Positions 56,037-64,000 of a stretch of DNA of 64,000 nucleotides are shown here, piece after piece. Position numbers and translations under genes: made by a program. The notes under the pieces are model-generated. The model searched no databases. It saw only the letters and a list, made by a program, of their open reading frames with translations, and was not told the origin of the DNA. Within the stretch, counting starts at the first letter, position 1. The number at the start of each line of letters is the position of its first letter. The DNA comes from Candidatus Collierbacteria bacterium (GTDB lineage Bacteria > Patescibacteriota > Microgenomatia > UBA1400 > MFAQ01), in contig CAISLM010000072.1 in assembly GCA_903886255.1 (NCBI GenBank), positions 18,648 to 82,647 on the forward strand, read 5' to 3'.

Positions 56037-57385
56037 AATTTTTTGTTTTCGTCGTTAGTTTTTGATTTTTCTTTGTAGAACATGCGGAGGAAATTTCTGG
56101 TTACAACCAAACCAGTAAAGAGAGAAATTAGAATTCCGAGGACAAGAGTAAAAGCAAAACCGCGTACCGATCCAGAAGTGTTCAAGAAACTCCAATCAAG
56201 AGGGTTGAAAAGAATTAACCCGGTGAGAATCGTGGCGGCGTTCGCGTCTTTGATGCTATTCCAGGCTCTACCGAAGGCGAGTTCGAGGGCGACTTTCCAG
56301 GCTCTACCGCCTCTAATTTCTTCTTTGTAACGCTCAAAAATGAGGATGTTGCTATCGACTGCCATACCAACAGAGAGAATGAAACCGGCGATGCCGGGAA
56401 GGCTAAGAACGACAGGAATTAATTTATAAAGGGCAAGAGTAATAATTCCATAGATGAATAAGCCAATTGAAGCGATAAGCCCAAGACGACCATAATAGGC
56501 AATCATGAAGAAAATAACCATTGAGAGGCCAATGGCACCTGCAGTAACGCTCTTTTTTATTGAGTCGGCACCTAGAGTAGCAGGAATATTTTTTTGGCTA
56601 AGAACCGAAACGGGAACAGGGAGAGCGCCGGCGTTTAACTGGACAGCAAGAGCTTTGGCTTCTTCGGTAGTAAATTTCCCGGTGATCTGAGCGTTGCCAT
56701 CGGTAATTGCGACTTGGACAGTGGGCATAGTGATGGGATAACCATCGAGAAGAATGGCGATTGGTTTGCCAAGATTATCTTTGGTCAGTTTGGCAAATTT
56801 TGTTTTTCCCGAATCTTTAAAAGAGATTGAAACGCCCGGCTGGCGGTCTTGAGTTTCGAAAGTAACCGCCGCTTTGGCCAAATCAGCTCCAGTTAAGTCT
56901 GTTGGGGTGAATCCTGTGAGTGTTGATGATTCTGTGGCAGTTTTTCCGGGAGTAAAGATGGGAAGTGCGAATTGCATTTTGGCAGTTTGACCAATAAGGT
57001 CAAGCGCCTGCTGTGAATCGGTGACACCGGGTAATTCGAGAATAAGCCGATAATCATTTCCCGATACTGCAGTTTTAATTCCTGATTCTGAGACTCCAAA
57101 AAGGTCAATGCGACGACTGATGACTGTTTTAACCGACTCTAAAGCGGTGGCACGATCTCCTTGGGCAATATCTTTCATATCTGCCGAAAGAGTAACTTGC
57201 AGACCACCTTTAATATCTAGACCTTCCTTCAGGTCAATTGGTTTTGATAGATCTAAGCTGCCAATCTGAAAATTTATTCTGGGAACTTGGAAATTAAATA
57301 TCTTTGCCGGCAAAACAACGTACAAAGACATTAAAGTTATTATGCAGATAAAAATAAAAACCTTTTGTGGTTTCTGAAGAGTCAT
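56033..57385 (-). CDS. secD: Protein translocase subunit SecD
   Basis: SecD periplasmic domain and the C-terminal 6-TM region (LGLIASIGLFIYGIITLALYKLIPVVLSLPGIAGFILSVGMAVDSNILIFERYKEE). Confidence 0.85.
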   Translation of the reverse strand: MTLQKPQKVFIFICIITLMSLYVVLPAKIFNFQVPRINFQIGSLDLSKPIDLKEGLDIKGGLQVTLSADMKDIAQGDRATALESVKTVISRRIDLFGVSESGIKTAVSGNDYRLILELPGVTDSQQALDLIGQTAKMQFALPIFTPGKTATESSTLTGFTPTDLTGADLAKAAVTFETQDRQPGVSISFKDSGKTKFAKLTKDNLGKPIAILLDGYPITMPTVQVAITDGNAQITGKFTTEEAKALAVQLNAGALPVPVSVLSQKNIPATLGADSIKKSVTAGAIGLSMVIFFMIAYYGRLGLIASIGLFIYGIITLALYKLIPVVLSLPGIAGFILSVGMAVDSNILIFERYKEEIRGGRAWKVALELAFGRAWNSIKDANAATILTGLILFNPLDWSFLNTSGSVRGFAFTLVLGILISLFTGLVVTRNFLRMFYKEKSKTNDENKKL

Positions 57386-57394
57386 CGATATGAA

Positions 57395-57598
57395 TTATAT
57401 ATGTTTATTATGTCTATTTTTAGGGGAAAGTCCGAGACTTAGCTGATGACTATCAATGAAATTCACGATAAGAGAATTATTTAATTCTCTTTCTACTTCT
57501 ACTTGATCACCAGGTTTTAGTGATAGATCTTTTACAAGATTTGATGGCAAGGTAATACCAAGTGAGTTGCCGACTTTGAGAATTTTTTGAGTGGCCAT
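57395..57598 (-). CDS. AbrB/MazE/SpoVT-family small DNA-binding protein
   Basis: Looped-hinge-helix signature (KILKVGNSLGITLPSNLVKDLSLKPGDQVEVE). It lies 10 nt upstream of secD and overlaps the upstream gene by 1 nt. Confidence 0.55.
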   Translation of the reverse strand: MATQKILKVGNSLGITLPSNLVKDLSLKPGDQVEVERELNNSLIVNFIDSHQLSLGLSPKNRHNKHI

Positions 57599-58179
57599 CA
57601 GCTCAATAATTGAATTTCATCTCCTATTAGAGTGATACGGGGTTGGAGAAGAACCTTAATAATGAAAGGGTCCTGGTGATTTTTACGATAATTGAATTCA
57701 TCTTCAGTCATACATGAATAATTAATCTCTGTGTTAAGAAGTTTTTCGGCAGATTTTACAAGAATGGCGACTTGGGGCATGATAATTTTTCCAATCAACA
57801 TTAAATCGACTTCTTCCGGGTCGCGCTTTAAGCCGCGAGCAAGTTTTTGGGAAATAAAAGCAAATTTTACAAATCCAAGTTTACTTCGATTTTTGAGCAC
57901 CAATCTTCCAAGACCTGACGACTTTGAGATAAGGTTTGACAGCTCGGGGTAAATAGAGAATGAAGTTTTAACTGAGTAGTAAAGCCGGTTTCCACGCTTT
58001 TCACTTTTTAGCAATCCGGCTTTTTGTAAGTGTTCCAGCTCTCGTCTAACAGCATTTATTTCTTCTTTAGTGGCTCTTGTAAGTTCACGGACATAGAACA
58101 TGTTTTTGGAGTCCGAAAGAAATATCTTTAGAAGCTTGACTCTAACTTTAGAAATGATTAAGTCTGATAGTTTGGCCAT
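57598..58179 (-). CDS. Winged-HTH regulator fused to a minimal nucleotidyltransferase-like C-terminal domain
   Basis: N-terminal wHTH (FYVRELTRATKEEINAVRRELEHLQKAGLLKSEKRGNRLYYSV). The C-terminal segment (FVKFAFISQKLARGLKRDPEEVDLMLIGK) resembles an MNT-type NTase but lacks a clean GS...DxD motif. Confidence 0.45.
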   Translation of the reverse strand: MAKLSDLIISKVRVKLLKIFLSDSKNMFYVRELTRATKEEINAVRRELEHLQKAGLLKSEKRGNRLYYSVKTSFSIYPELSNLISKSSGLGRLVLKNRSKLGFVKFAFISQKLARGLKRDPEEVDLMLIGKIIMPQVAILVKSAEKLLNTEINYSCMTEDEFNYRKNHQDPFIIKVLLQPRITLIGDEIQLLS

Positions 58180-58199
58180 ATATTGGGCAGGCCCGTAGA

Positions 58200-59426
58200 C
58201 TAATTGTACTCGACTTTATCGCCCGTGGGTAATATTTCTACCCAGATGACTCCAGGGGTGAATGTGATTTCCTTACCCGATTGATCATAATAGATAGTTC
58301 TATCCAGCTCTTTGAGCTTTTTCCAAGTTACCTGCTCCGCCACGCCATTTCTGAAGACAATTCCGGTTCCGCTACCGATAACTCCATAGAAAAGATGCAG
58401 GTGAACATCAAGATCGTCGATTTCTTTGGCGAATTCGATGACGATATTTGAGGTACTTAGTTGTTTTTTTGTTTCCAAGTCTATGGCTGCTGTGCCACCC
58501 TGGCTTCTAAGGTAAGTTTTTGTGGCAGCATCATATTTCCATTCGGTGTCAAAGTCGGTGTAGCCTTTCCAAAATTCGAATTTTATATCGGTTGCAGGGG
58601 TTGTGCCGGCAACTGGTTCTGCTTCGTCTAACTTCCAAGGCCTAAACCCACTTAACCAAGTGGTTCCCTTGGGCATGGCAGAAGTATAGCCACGTTTCTG
58701 AGCCTCGTTCCAGGCTGCGGGAAGATAGCCGACCATGGTGTGTTCTGTGGCTAAAACCTTATCTGCACCAAGACGATTGTAATCACGGCCTAGGACAGGC
58801 ATTCCAATGTCTCCAGTGCTGTCAAAATCATTGCCGCCCGGTTTTCTCCAGCCGAGCCTGGCTAGCTCTTCGATGGCCATGGCTCTTGGGTCGGAAGTGC
58901 ATTGACCTGAGGCCTGGTCACGACTACAGTTTCCACCACCGACATGGAGATAAATGGGGGTGTTGTACTCAGTGGCCAAATCAACAAAATACATACGAGC
59001 AGATCTAACTGGGGCAACTTTGGCATTATCTGCCTGGGCACCGCAGTAGAAAACTCCCATAAAGCGGGTGATTCCTCCTTCAGCGACGGCCTCATAGACA
59101 ACATCTGCGGAAGAAAGGCCTGACTGTGGACGTGCATCAACATGGTTTTCAATCATGGCGAGTATCGGGCGGCGTGTTTGCCATAGAGCTTCTTCCGATT
59201 TGCTGTAAAGCTTTCCATTGATTGGACATGGTTGTGTTTGAGGTTCGTTGGCAAATTGACCGAAACCTGCGGATTTGACCGGGGTCTCTGAAGGAGCAGC
59301 AATCCTTGGTGAAATTAAAGCTCCACCGGAAGCGGGGACGACTGCGTAAGCGACACCACCGGAAATTAAAAAGGTGGCGACTAAACCAACGACAGTTTTG
59401 ATTGAAAAAAGTTTAACTGAAGACAT
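58200..59426 (-). CDS. DUF3048-like (YerB-like) exported protein
   Basis: Signal/anchor N-terminus. The conserved-looking ENHVDARPQSGLSSADVVYEAVAEGGITRFMGVFY region matches my recollection of the DUF3048 core. This is a tentative call. Confidence 0.45.
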   Translation of the reverse strand: MSSVKLFSIKTVVGLVATFLISGGVAYAVVPASGGALISPRIAAPSETPVKSAGFGQFANEPQTQPCPINGKLYSKSEEALWQTRRPILAMIENHVDARPQSGLSSADVVYEAVAEGGITRFMGVFYCGAQADNAKVAPVRSARMYFVDLATEYNTPIYLHVGGGNCSRDQASGQCTSDPRAMAIEELARLGWRKPGGNDFDSTGDIGMPVLGRDYNRLGADKVLATEHTMVGYLPAAWNEAQKRGYTSAMPKGTTWLSGFRPWKLDEAEPVAGTTPATDIKFEFWKGYTDFDTEWKYDAATKTYLRSQGGTAAIDLETKKQLSTSNIVIEFAKEIDDLDVHLHLFYGVIGSGTGIVFRNGVAEQVTWKKLKELDRTIYYDQSGKEITFTPGVIWVEILPTGDKVEYN

Positions 59427-59429
59427 GAA

Positions 59430-59933
59430 TTATTTTAATGCTTGTTTGATAACTTCTTGTTCTTCGCTACTAAGAGTCTGGGCGTTTACTTTTCCGCCGG
59501 CAACTTTTTTGGCATAAAGCCTAGTATTTTCGCGACTATGTAATGAGCTTATCATAATCCCGTCTCCTAAGTCATCTAAAAAGGCTGCAGTAAAGCTTTG
59601 ATCTCCACCAGTATCTGTGAATGGATTATATCTTTTGAAGCCGAGCCTTTGGAGATGTTTTTTGTTATCTTCGATATCTTTATTCAGTTTGTTGTTTAAC
59701 ATTTCGATATCTTTGGTATTTCTTTCTGAATTTGAGATCAGTTGATTTAGAGAGGATATTAGATCTTTTTTGGAGACATCTGATGTGAGACGTCGATAGT
59801 GAAGAAGCATTCTAACAAGAAGGATTGTGACCACGATGAGCCACAAAGCAAGAAAGCCAAATAGATAAATTGTTGGTATCATAGACGTATTAAGTTTATT
59901 ATACTTGAACCATGAACCGAAATCGAAAAACAA
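59430..59933 (-). CDS. Hypothetical membrane-anchored protein
   Basis: N-terminal TM (IYLFGFLALWLIVVTILLV) and a coiled-coil middle. Confidence 0.4.
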   Translation of the reverse strand: MFFDFGSWFKYNKLNTSMIPTIYLFGFLALWLIVVTILLVRMLLHYRRLTSDVSKKDLISSLNQLISNSERNTKDIEMLNNKLNKDIEDNKKHLQRLGFKRYNPFTDTGGDQSFTAAFLDDLGDGIMISSLHSRENTRLYAKKVAGGKVNAQTLSSEEQEVIKQALK

Positions 59934-60181
59934 GAAAAGAAAAAATTAGGAGCGAGAATAGGCGTAAAGATAGTCAGACATTTCAAGTTAAAGAGGAGTG
60001 GCTTAAAACAGGCACAAATAAAGAAAAAATGGTAGTTCTTTCGGATGAGCCTGAAAATAAATATTTGAGATTGGACTTGACAAAGACTTTTCTTCTATCT
60101 ATGCTTGTCCTAGCCTTGGAGTTAGCTTTCTGGCAGTATTTATCAAGGCACTAACATAAAGAAAGGGGGTGAACCAAGAAA

Positions 60182-60322
60182 ATGCAGATCTATTGTGTAA
60201 AATGTAGAGCCAAAAAAGAAGTGGCTGAATTCGAAAGAGTAACTATGAAAAATGGTAAACCAGCCGTTAAAGCTGTTTGCCCAACCTGTGGAACAAAGAT
60301 GTTCAAAATCGGCGCTAAATAA
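60182..60322 (+). CDS. Small zinc-ribbon protein (46 aa)
   Basis: ATG preceded by an AAAGGGGGTGA SD, encoding MQIYCVKCRAKKEVAEFERVTMKNGKPAVKAVCPTCGTKMFKIGAK. It is below the ORF-track cutoff and is followed by a terminator. Confidence 0.5.
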   Translation: MQIYCVKCRAKKEVAEFERVTMKNGKPAVKAVCPTCGTKMFKIGAK

Positions 60323-60336
60323 AAGCCCGTCAAAAG

Positions 60337-60369
60337 ACCCAAAGGAGAGCAATCAATTTTGGGTTTTTT
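60337..60369. terminator. Rho-independent terminator
   Basis: ACCCAAA...TTTGGGT stem followed by TTTTTT. Confidence 0.55.
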
Positions 60370-60384
60370 GTTGGAAAAAAAGTT

Positions 60385-61077
60385 TTACTTCTTCTTGATA
60401 TTTTTGTACCAACCTTCGAGAAGAGATTTAACTAAATCTTTTGATCCAAGCCCCAAGCTAATGCCAATGGCTAAAGCCAGTGCGGCGATAAAACCGGTGA
60501 AGGTTGTTTCAATAAATGTTCGGGCAATGCCGAGCTGGGAAATGGCAGCAAGAATAAACATCGTCATTGTGGCGTAGCTAACGACTTTTCCAATAAGACG
60601 AGAGAAAGCAGGATCTTGTGAACCAAGAGATCCCTTGACCATCTTTTCTAAAAATCCGGAAACTACAACTCCGACGACAAGAATGATTATGGCTGCAATT
60701 AATGTTGGGATGCCAAGAATAATACTGCTTAAAAACTCACTGACTGAAGTTAGGCCGAGAACATTTATGCTGGCAACAAAAAATAAGGCGATTGTAATCC
60801 AACGAATGATTTCACCGATGATAACCTCGATCTTTCCGGTCATTTGGGCATTTTTCAAAAACTCTTTGATGGCGGCGTTTTTGATGGCTCCGTCAAGCTT
60901 GGCCAGATTAAGCAGTTTGACTGTAAGCGATTTTAACCAACCGGCAAGGATAAGACCGAGCAAGAACAACACAATTGCCCCTAATAGGCTGGGTATGAAG
61001 CTGACTATGCCTACAAGAACCTGGTTAAAGGCTAAAGAGAGAGAGTTTTCGAAAGAAAAAACAAAGTTTGATTGCAT
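60385..61077 (-). CDS. Membrane protein with repeated conserved-TM-helix motifs (MscS N-terminal-like TM_helix repeats)
   Basis: Several hydrophobic helices each followed by basic/Gly-rich loops (IPSLLGAIVLFLLGLILAGWL..., ITIALFFVASINVLGL..., TMFILAAISQLGIA...). Confidence 0.45.
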   Translation of the reverse strand: MQSNFVFSFENSLSLAFNQVLVGIVSFIPSLLGAIVLFLLGLILAGWLKSLTVKLLNLAKLDGAIKNAAIKEFLKNAQMTGKIEVIIGEIIRWITIALFFVASINVLGLTSVSEFLSSIILGIPTLIAAIIILVVGVVVSGFLEKMVKGSLGSQDPAFSRLIGKVVSYATMTMFILAAISQLGIARTFIETTFTGFIAALALAIGISLGLGSKDLVKSLLEGWYKNIKKK

Positions 61078-61112
61078 GGCTATATCTTATAGAGAATTAG
61101 TGATTTAGTCAA

Positions 61113-61136
61113 CAAAAAGTCCCGCCGGAGCGGGAC
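61113..61136 (-). terminator. Rho-independent terminator (minus strand)
   Basis: GTCCCGC-cgga-GCGGGAC, followed on the minus strand by TTTTTG. Confidence 0.55.
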
Positions 61137-61152
61137 TGACAAATGATTTAGG

Positions 61153-61455
61153 TTATCTAAATTCAATCTTTGTACTAGGTTTCACCTCAAAGACACAGGC
61201 AATGTTAATAACTACAATGTCTTTTCGGTCTCTTTTTTCATCGTACAGCTTGATTAGTTTAGCTTCGAGGTCTGCTTGGTCTTCAAAAACATAAGTTTCC
61301 GTCGTATTGATGATGTCGTCGTGTGCGGGATAGCCATGTCCGGGATTGGTTCTGGATCTTTCATCCCCTTCAACATGATGAGTTTCGGTTTTGAAAATGA
61401 GCAAAAGAAAATGGTGTTTTTGGGTGATATCTTGGGGAGAACTAACCTTGACCAT
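61153..61455 (-). CDS. Hypothetical protein
   Basis: ORF followed by a terminator; His-rich N-terminal half. Confidence 0.4.
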   Translation of the reverse strand: MVKVSSPQDITQKHHFLLLIFKTETHHVEGDERSRTNPGHGYPAHDDIINTTETYVFEDQADLEAKLIKLYDEKRDRKDIVVINIACVFEVKPSTKIEFR

Positions 61456-61560
61456 TCTTGCCTCCGTTTTGGACTGATTTAAGGTTCTTGTGCGTAATTA
61501 TAGCAAAACTGGCGAAAAATGCAACATTATAGGAGATTGCGACCACATTGACTGCGGTGT

Positions 61561-61662
61561 TTGATATAAGAGCTTGCTCTTATGTGGTTGGTATAAGAGC
61601 TTACTCCGCCTCCTTTCAATAACAGCTGTTATTGAAATGTCGTTGTGCGTTTCCTCTTATAT
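61561..61662 (+). repeat. Structured short repeat, family B, copy 1 (1.5 units)
   Basis: It starts with a mini-hairpin TATAAGAGCTTGCTCTTAT. A full unit follows: TATAAGAGCTTACTC + internal palindrome CAATAACAGCTGTTATTG + TTTCCTCTTATA. The outer arms TATAAGAG/CTCTTATA pair. Confidence 0.55.
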
Positions 61663-61699
61663 CTACGCCGATAACTATATTATCGTCTTGATATAATAT

Positions 61700-62025
61700 A
61701 CGTACTCCCGGGTGCTGGTGAGGAACGCCCCGCCTATGGCGGGGAGGAAAGTCCGGACAGCAAAAAGGAAGGGTGACCAAGGAAACTTGGTTCCATTTAG
61801 GGCGACCTAAGTGGCGCGATAGGGCCACAGAGACGAATAAAGGTGAAACGCTCTTGGATACAAGAGATTCCATAAGAGTAATTTTATGGAAGTGGTAACC
61901 CGCCCCGCTGCAATCGACGAATTGGGATTAAGGTGCCTTTTCCGTCCCAGAAGTCTCGAGCATTAGATAGATGTTCCTCCTAGACAAAATCCGGCTTACT
62001 ATGGCCCGGGGGTCCCGAAAGGGTC
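61700..62025 (+). ncRNA. rnpB: RNase P RNA (bacterial type A); boundaries approximate
   Basis: P3 hairpin CGCCCCGCC-tatg-GCGGGG, then the universally conserved P4 strand AGGAAAGTCCGGAC. Further 3': AAAGGTGAAACGC, GGTAACCCGCCCCGCTGCAA and ACAAAATCCGGCTTA (cf. ACAGAAyCCGGCUUA). A TATAAT lies about 10 nt upstream. Confidence 0.8.
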
Positions 62026-62044
62026 TGCCTCAATGGCAGATAAA

Positions 62045-63040
62045 TTATTGAAGTTCGGGAACGTTCGTCGTTTTATTAAATCTGACGTGGGTAAGAAGTA
62101 CTTTGATCGAAAGTACTAATGGAATGGCGAGAACTGACATGAGCGGCCCACCAATTTTTAGACCCATCATGACGGCCAAGATAGTAATGATAGGATTTAA
62201 ACCTGCGGCATGCTTCATGACTGTTGGGGTAATCAAATTGTTTTCTAGTTGGTGAATTAATATCGAGACAACGAGAGCACCCAAACCCAAAGCTGGAGAG
62301 ATTGAAAAACCGACTATGGCAGCAGGAATGGCTGCAACAACGGGTCCAATGCTAGGAATAATTTCCAACAAACCCGCTATCAGTGTTAATGGAAGAACAT
62401 ATGGAATGCCGATAATCGAAAAACCAATGAAGGCCAAGATGCCGATAATCAGCATCAAGATTAATTCTCCCCTGAACCAGTTTCCAATTTGGACTTCCAA
62501 CTCGTTAACTACTTTGTAATAGGCTTCCCCTTTTTGGCCAAACCAAACCTTTAGGTCTGTTTCAATTTTTGATCTCTCTTGAAGCAGATAAAAACTCATA
62601 ACTATTACGGCTAAAACCGATATTGCACCGGTTAGGGTATCGATGGCAAAATTGAAAAATTTGCCAGGCACACTACCGATTTGTGAAGAAAAATCATTAA
62701 AATCTAGCTGATAAGGTAGTACTTTATTTGTGAGGTCAGGGAGTCTTTGAAATAATTGTTGCGTTTGAGTAATTATTGGGGAGATAACTGTGGAGATGGC
62801 AAAAACAAAAATAGAAAAGACTGTTATCAAAATCAAAATTGAAGAGACACCGCGATGGATTTTTTTATTTTCCAATTTTTGAACGAGTGGACTGATTGAG
62901 AATGAAATAATCAGTGAGGCAAACAACAAGATTAATATGTTATACGTACTGGCAAAGAAAAAGATTGCAGCAACTATTACTAATATTCGAAAAATCGAGG
63001 ATAGGGAGATATCAATAACCACATGGCGTTTTTTAAGCAT
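62045..63040 (-). CDS. AI-2E family transporter (UPF0118/PerM-like)
   Basis: Eight-TM protein with the family-typical LIAGLLEIIPSIGPVVAAIPAAIVGF segment. Confidence 0.75.
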   Translation of the reverse strand: MLKKRHVVIDISLSSIFRILVIVAAIFFFASTYNILILLFASLIISFSISPLVQKLENKKIHRGVSSILILITVFSIFVFAISTVISPIITQTQQLFQRLPDLTNKVLPYQLDFNDFSSQIGSVPGKFFNFAIDTLTGAISVLAVIVMSFYLLQERSKIETDLKVWFGQKGEAYYKVVNELEVQIGNWFRGELILMLIIGILAFIGFSIIGIPYVLPLTLIAGLLEIIPSIGPVVAAIPAAIVGFSISPALGLGALVVSILIHQLENNLITPTVMKHAAGLNPIITILAVMMGLKIGGPLMSVLAIPLVLSIKVLLTHVRFNKTTNVPELQ

Positions 63041-64000
63041 TTTGGAAATATTTTTTCAATTCTTTTATCAGCAAGTTTCTATCTATGTCTTTATCATACC
63101 AAACAATGTCATTTTGTTTTTTGAACCAGACAATTTGTCTTCTGGCATAGTCGGCTTCGGCATTTGTCCACTGTTCCACTAACTGATTTTTGGTTATATT
63201 TCCGCTTAAAAAGTTAATTATTTGAGATACACCAAGACCGGTATAGATAGGAAGAGTATGGTCCGGATAATTTTTGATTAATCTATTTACTTCATCGATA
63301 GCCCCTTCATCAATTCTTTTAATTACCCTATTTTTAATATTTGTTTTGAGTGTATTTTTGTCGGGCATTAAACCGATCCAACGAAAATTAACTTCAGAAA
63401 ATGGTGTTACTTGTATAAGAGCTTGCTCGTGTTTTGTCGATAACTGCGTTATCTTTACTAAACACTTGTGCTTCCTCTTATATTCGCTTGTAACTTCGTT
63501 ACAATGCTTGAATATGGATTCCGGGTCAAGCCCGGAATGACTTTCCGAAATTTCGATTTGCCTAATTAAACGACGGGGGTTCATTATGTCAGAATGGTTT
63601 AACGATGAGAATTTTTCAGGATTTTCTTTTTGCAATAGGCCTTGAAGTTCAGATAGAGATAATTTTTCCAATTTCTGACGTAATTTTTGATTGGGAGGAA
63701 TTAAGATATTGGAAAGATTTTGCGTAATGGCTTTAAGATAGAGCCCCGTACCGCCGACAATTACGAGAGGGGTATTTGTATCCTTAGAATTCTGAATTAT
63801 TTTTTGAGAGTATCGGACAAAATCAGCGAGATTCGCAGTTTCATCCGGTTCAAACAAATCGTGTCCGAAAATATTTATTCCTTTGGGTAAACTGTCCGGA
63901 ATATCCTTACCGGAGATTATGTCCAAACTTTTGTAAACTTGTCTGGAATCAACGGAAAGAATGTTAACTTTGGGAAGAGCTTTAGCTAATTGAAGTGCCA
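63033..64000 (-). CDS. miaA: tRNA dimethylallyltransferase, N-terminally truncated by the window edge
   Basis: The frame is open to base 64000 (…ALQLAKALPKVNILSVDSRQVYKSLDIISGKD = MiaA ADSMQVYKGMDIGTAK region). Downstream MiaA core motifs follow (LVIVGGTGLY, NPRRLIRQIEI). The ORF-track TTG start at 63926 is internal. Confidence 0.8.
   Translation of the reverse strand, partial: ALQLAKALPKVNILSVDSRQVYKSLDIISGKDIPDSLPKGINIFGHDLFEPDETANLADFVRYSQKIIQNSKDTNTPLVIVGGTGLYLKAITQNLSNILIPPNQKLRQKLEKLSLSELQGLLQKENPEKFSSLNHSDIMNPRRLIRQIEISESHSGLDPESIFKHCNEVTSEYKRKHKCLVKITQLSTKHEQALIQVTPFSEVNFRWIGLMPDKNTLKTNIKNRVIKRIDEGAIDEVNRLIKNYPDHTLPIYTGLGVSQIINFLSGNITKNQLVEQWTNAEADYARRQIVWFKKQNDIVWYDKDIDRNLLIKELKKYFQNA
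63411..63542 (+). repeat. Structured short repeat, family B copy 2 plus module C, lying inside the miaA coding frame
   Basis: TATAAGAGCTTGCTC + palindrome GATAACTGCGTTATC + TTCCTCTTATA, then hairpin TTGTAAC-ttcg-TTACAA, then ATTCCGGGTCAAGCCCGGAATGA. The last module occurs again at 55114-55137. Confidence 0.55.

Noticed and set aside
61616-61873. 85-aa minus-strand ORF
   Set aside because: It lies within RNase P RNA and its promoter region. It is a spurious ORF across a structured, GC-rich ncRNA.
1-64000. Mobile elements (transposase, integrase, IS inverted repeats) and CRISPR arrays
   Set aside because: None found. The only repeated DNA consists of the short structured family-A/B/C modules reported in findings, with no associated transposase or recombinase gene in the window.

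Overview
The window is an AT-rich (roughly 38-40% GC by eye), gene-dense bacterial chromosomal segment read with the standard code: TGA is used as a stop, e.g. the proS/lgt junction ATGTTTGA. Genes are small and tightly packed with many 1-8 bp overlaps. I saw no rRNA, CRISPR array, transposase or integrase. The gene content is consistent with a reduced, possibly CPR/Patescibacteria-like, genome; this is inference only.

Housekeeping genes recognised:
- proS, lgt, lon, dtd, rarA, nadE, gltX, relA/spoT-type, cca, secD, secF, msrA, msrB and miaA (the window cuts miaA at its 3' edge).
- A TrmH-family methyltransferase, an S11 D-Ala-D-Ala carboxypeptidase and a LysM-L,D-transpeptidase lipoprotein.
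- Three ABC exporter genes, and an arsR/thioredoxin-like/ArsP-like operon.

RNA genes: one tRNA-Gln(CUG) at 24444-24515 and an RNase P RNA around 61700-62025.

Observations worth a second look:
- A three-gene operon led by a HerA/FtsK-like DUF87 ATPase, followed by a Cys-rich protein of no recognisable family and an 809-aa surface protein.
- Two families of short structured repeats built from shared modules. One family shows compensatory base-pair changes between its copies. The other has a copy sitting in-frame inside miaA, RPE-like.
- A ~65% GC structured segment directly 3' of the tRNA.
- A GC-rich divergent intergenic region carrying a perfect consensus sigma70 promoter, which drives a small Cys-rich membrane protein plus a GNAT-like protein.
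- A 5'-partial fusion of a GT1 glycosyltransferase to a YjjX-like NTPase.

Several ORF-track start codons appear overcalled, e.g. 3603 -> 3561 (with AAGGAGG SD), 8119 -> 7954 and 43341 -> 43236.
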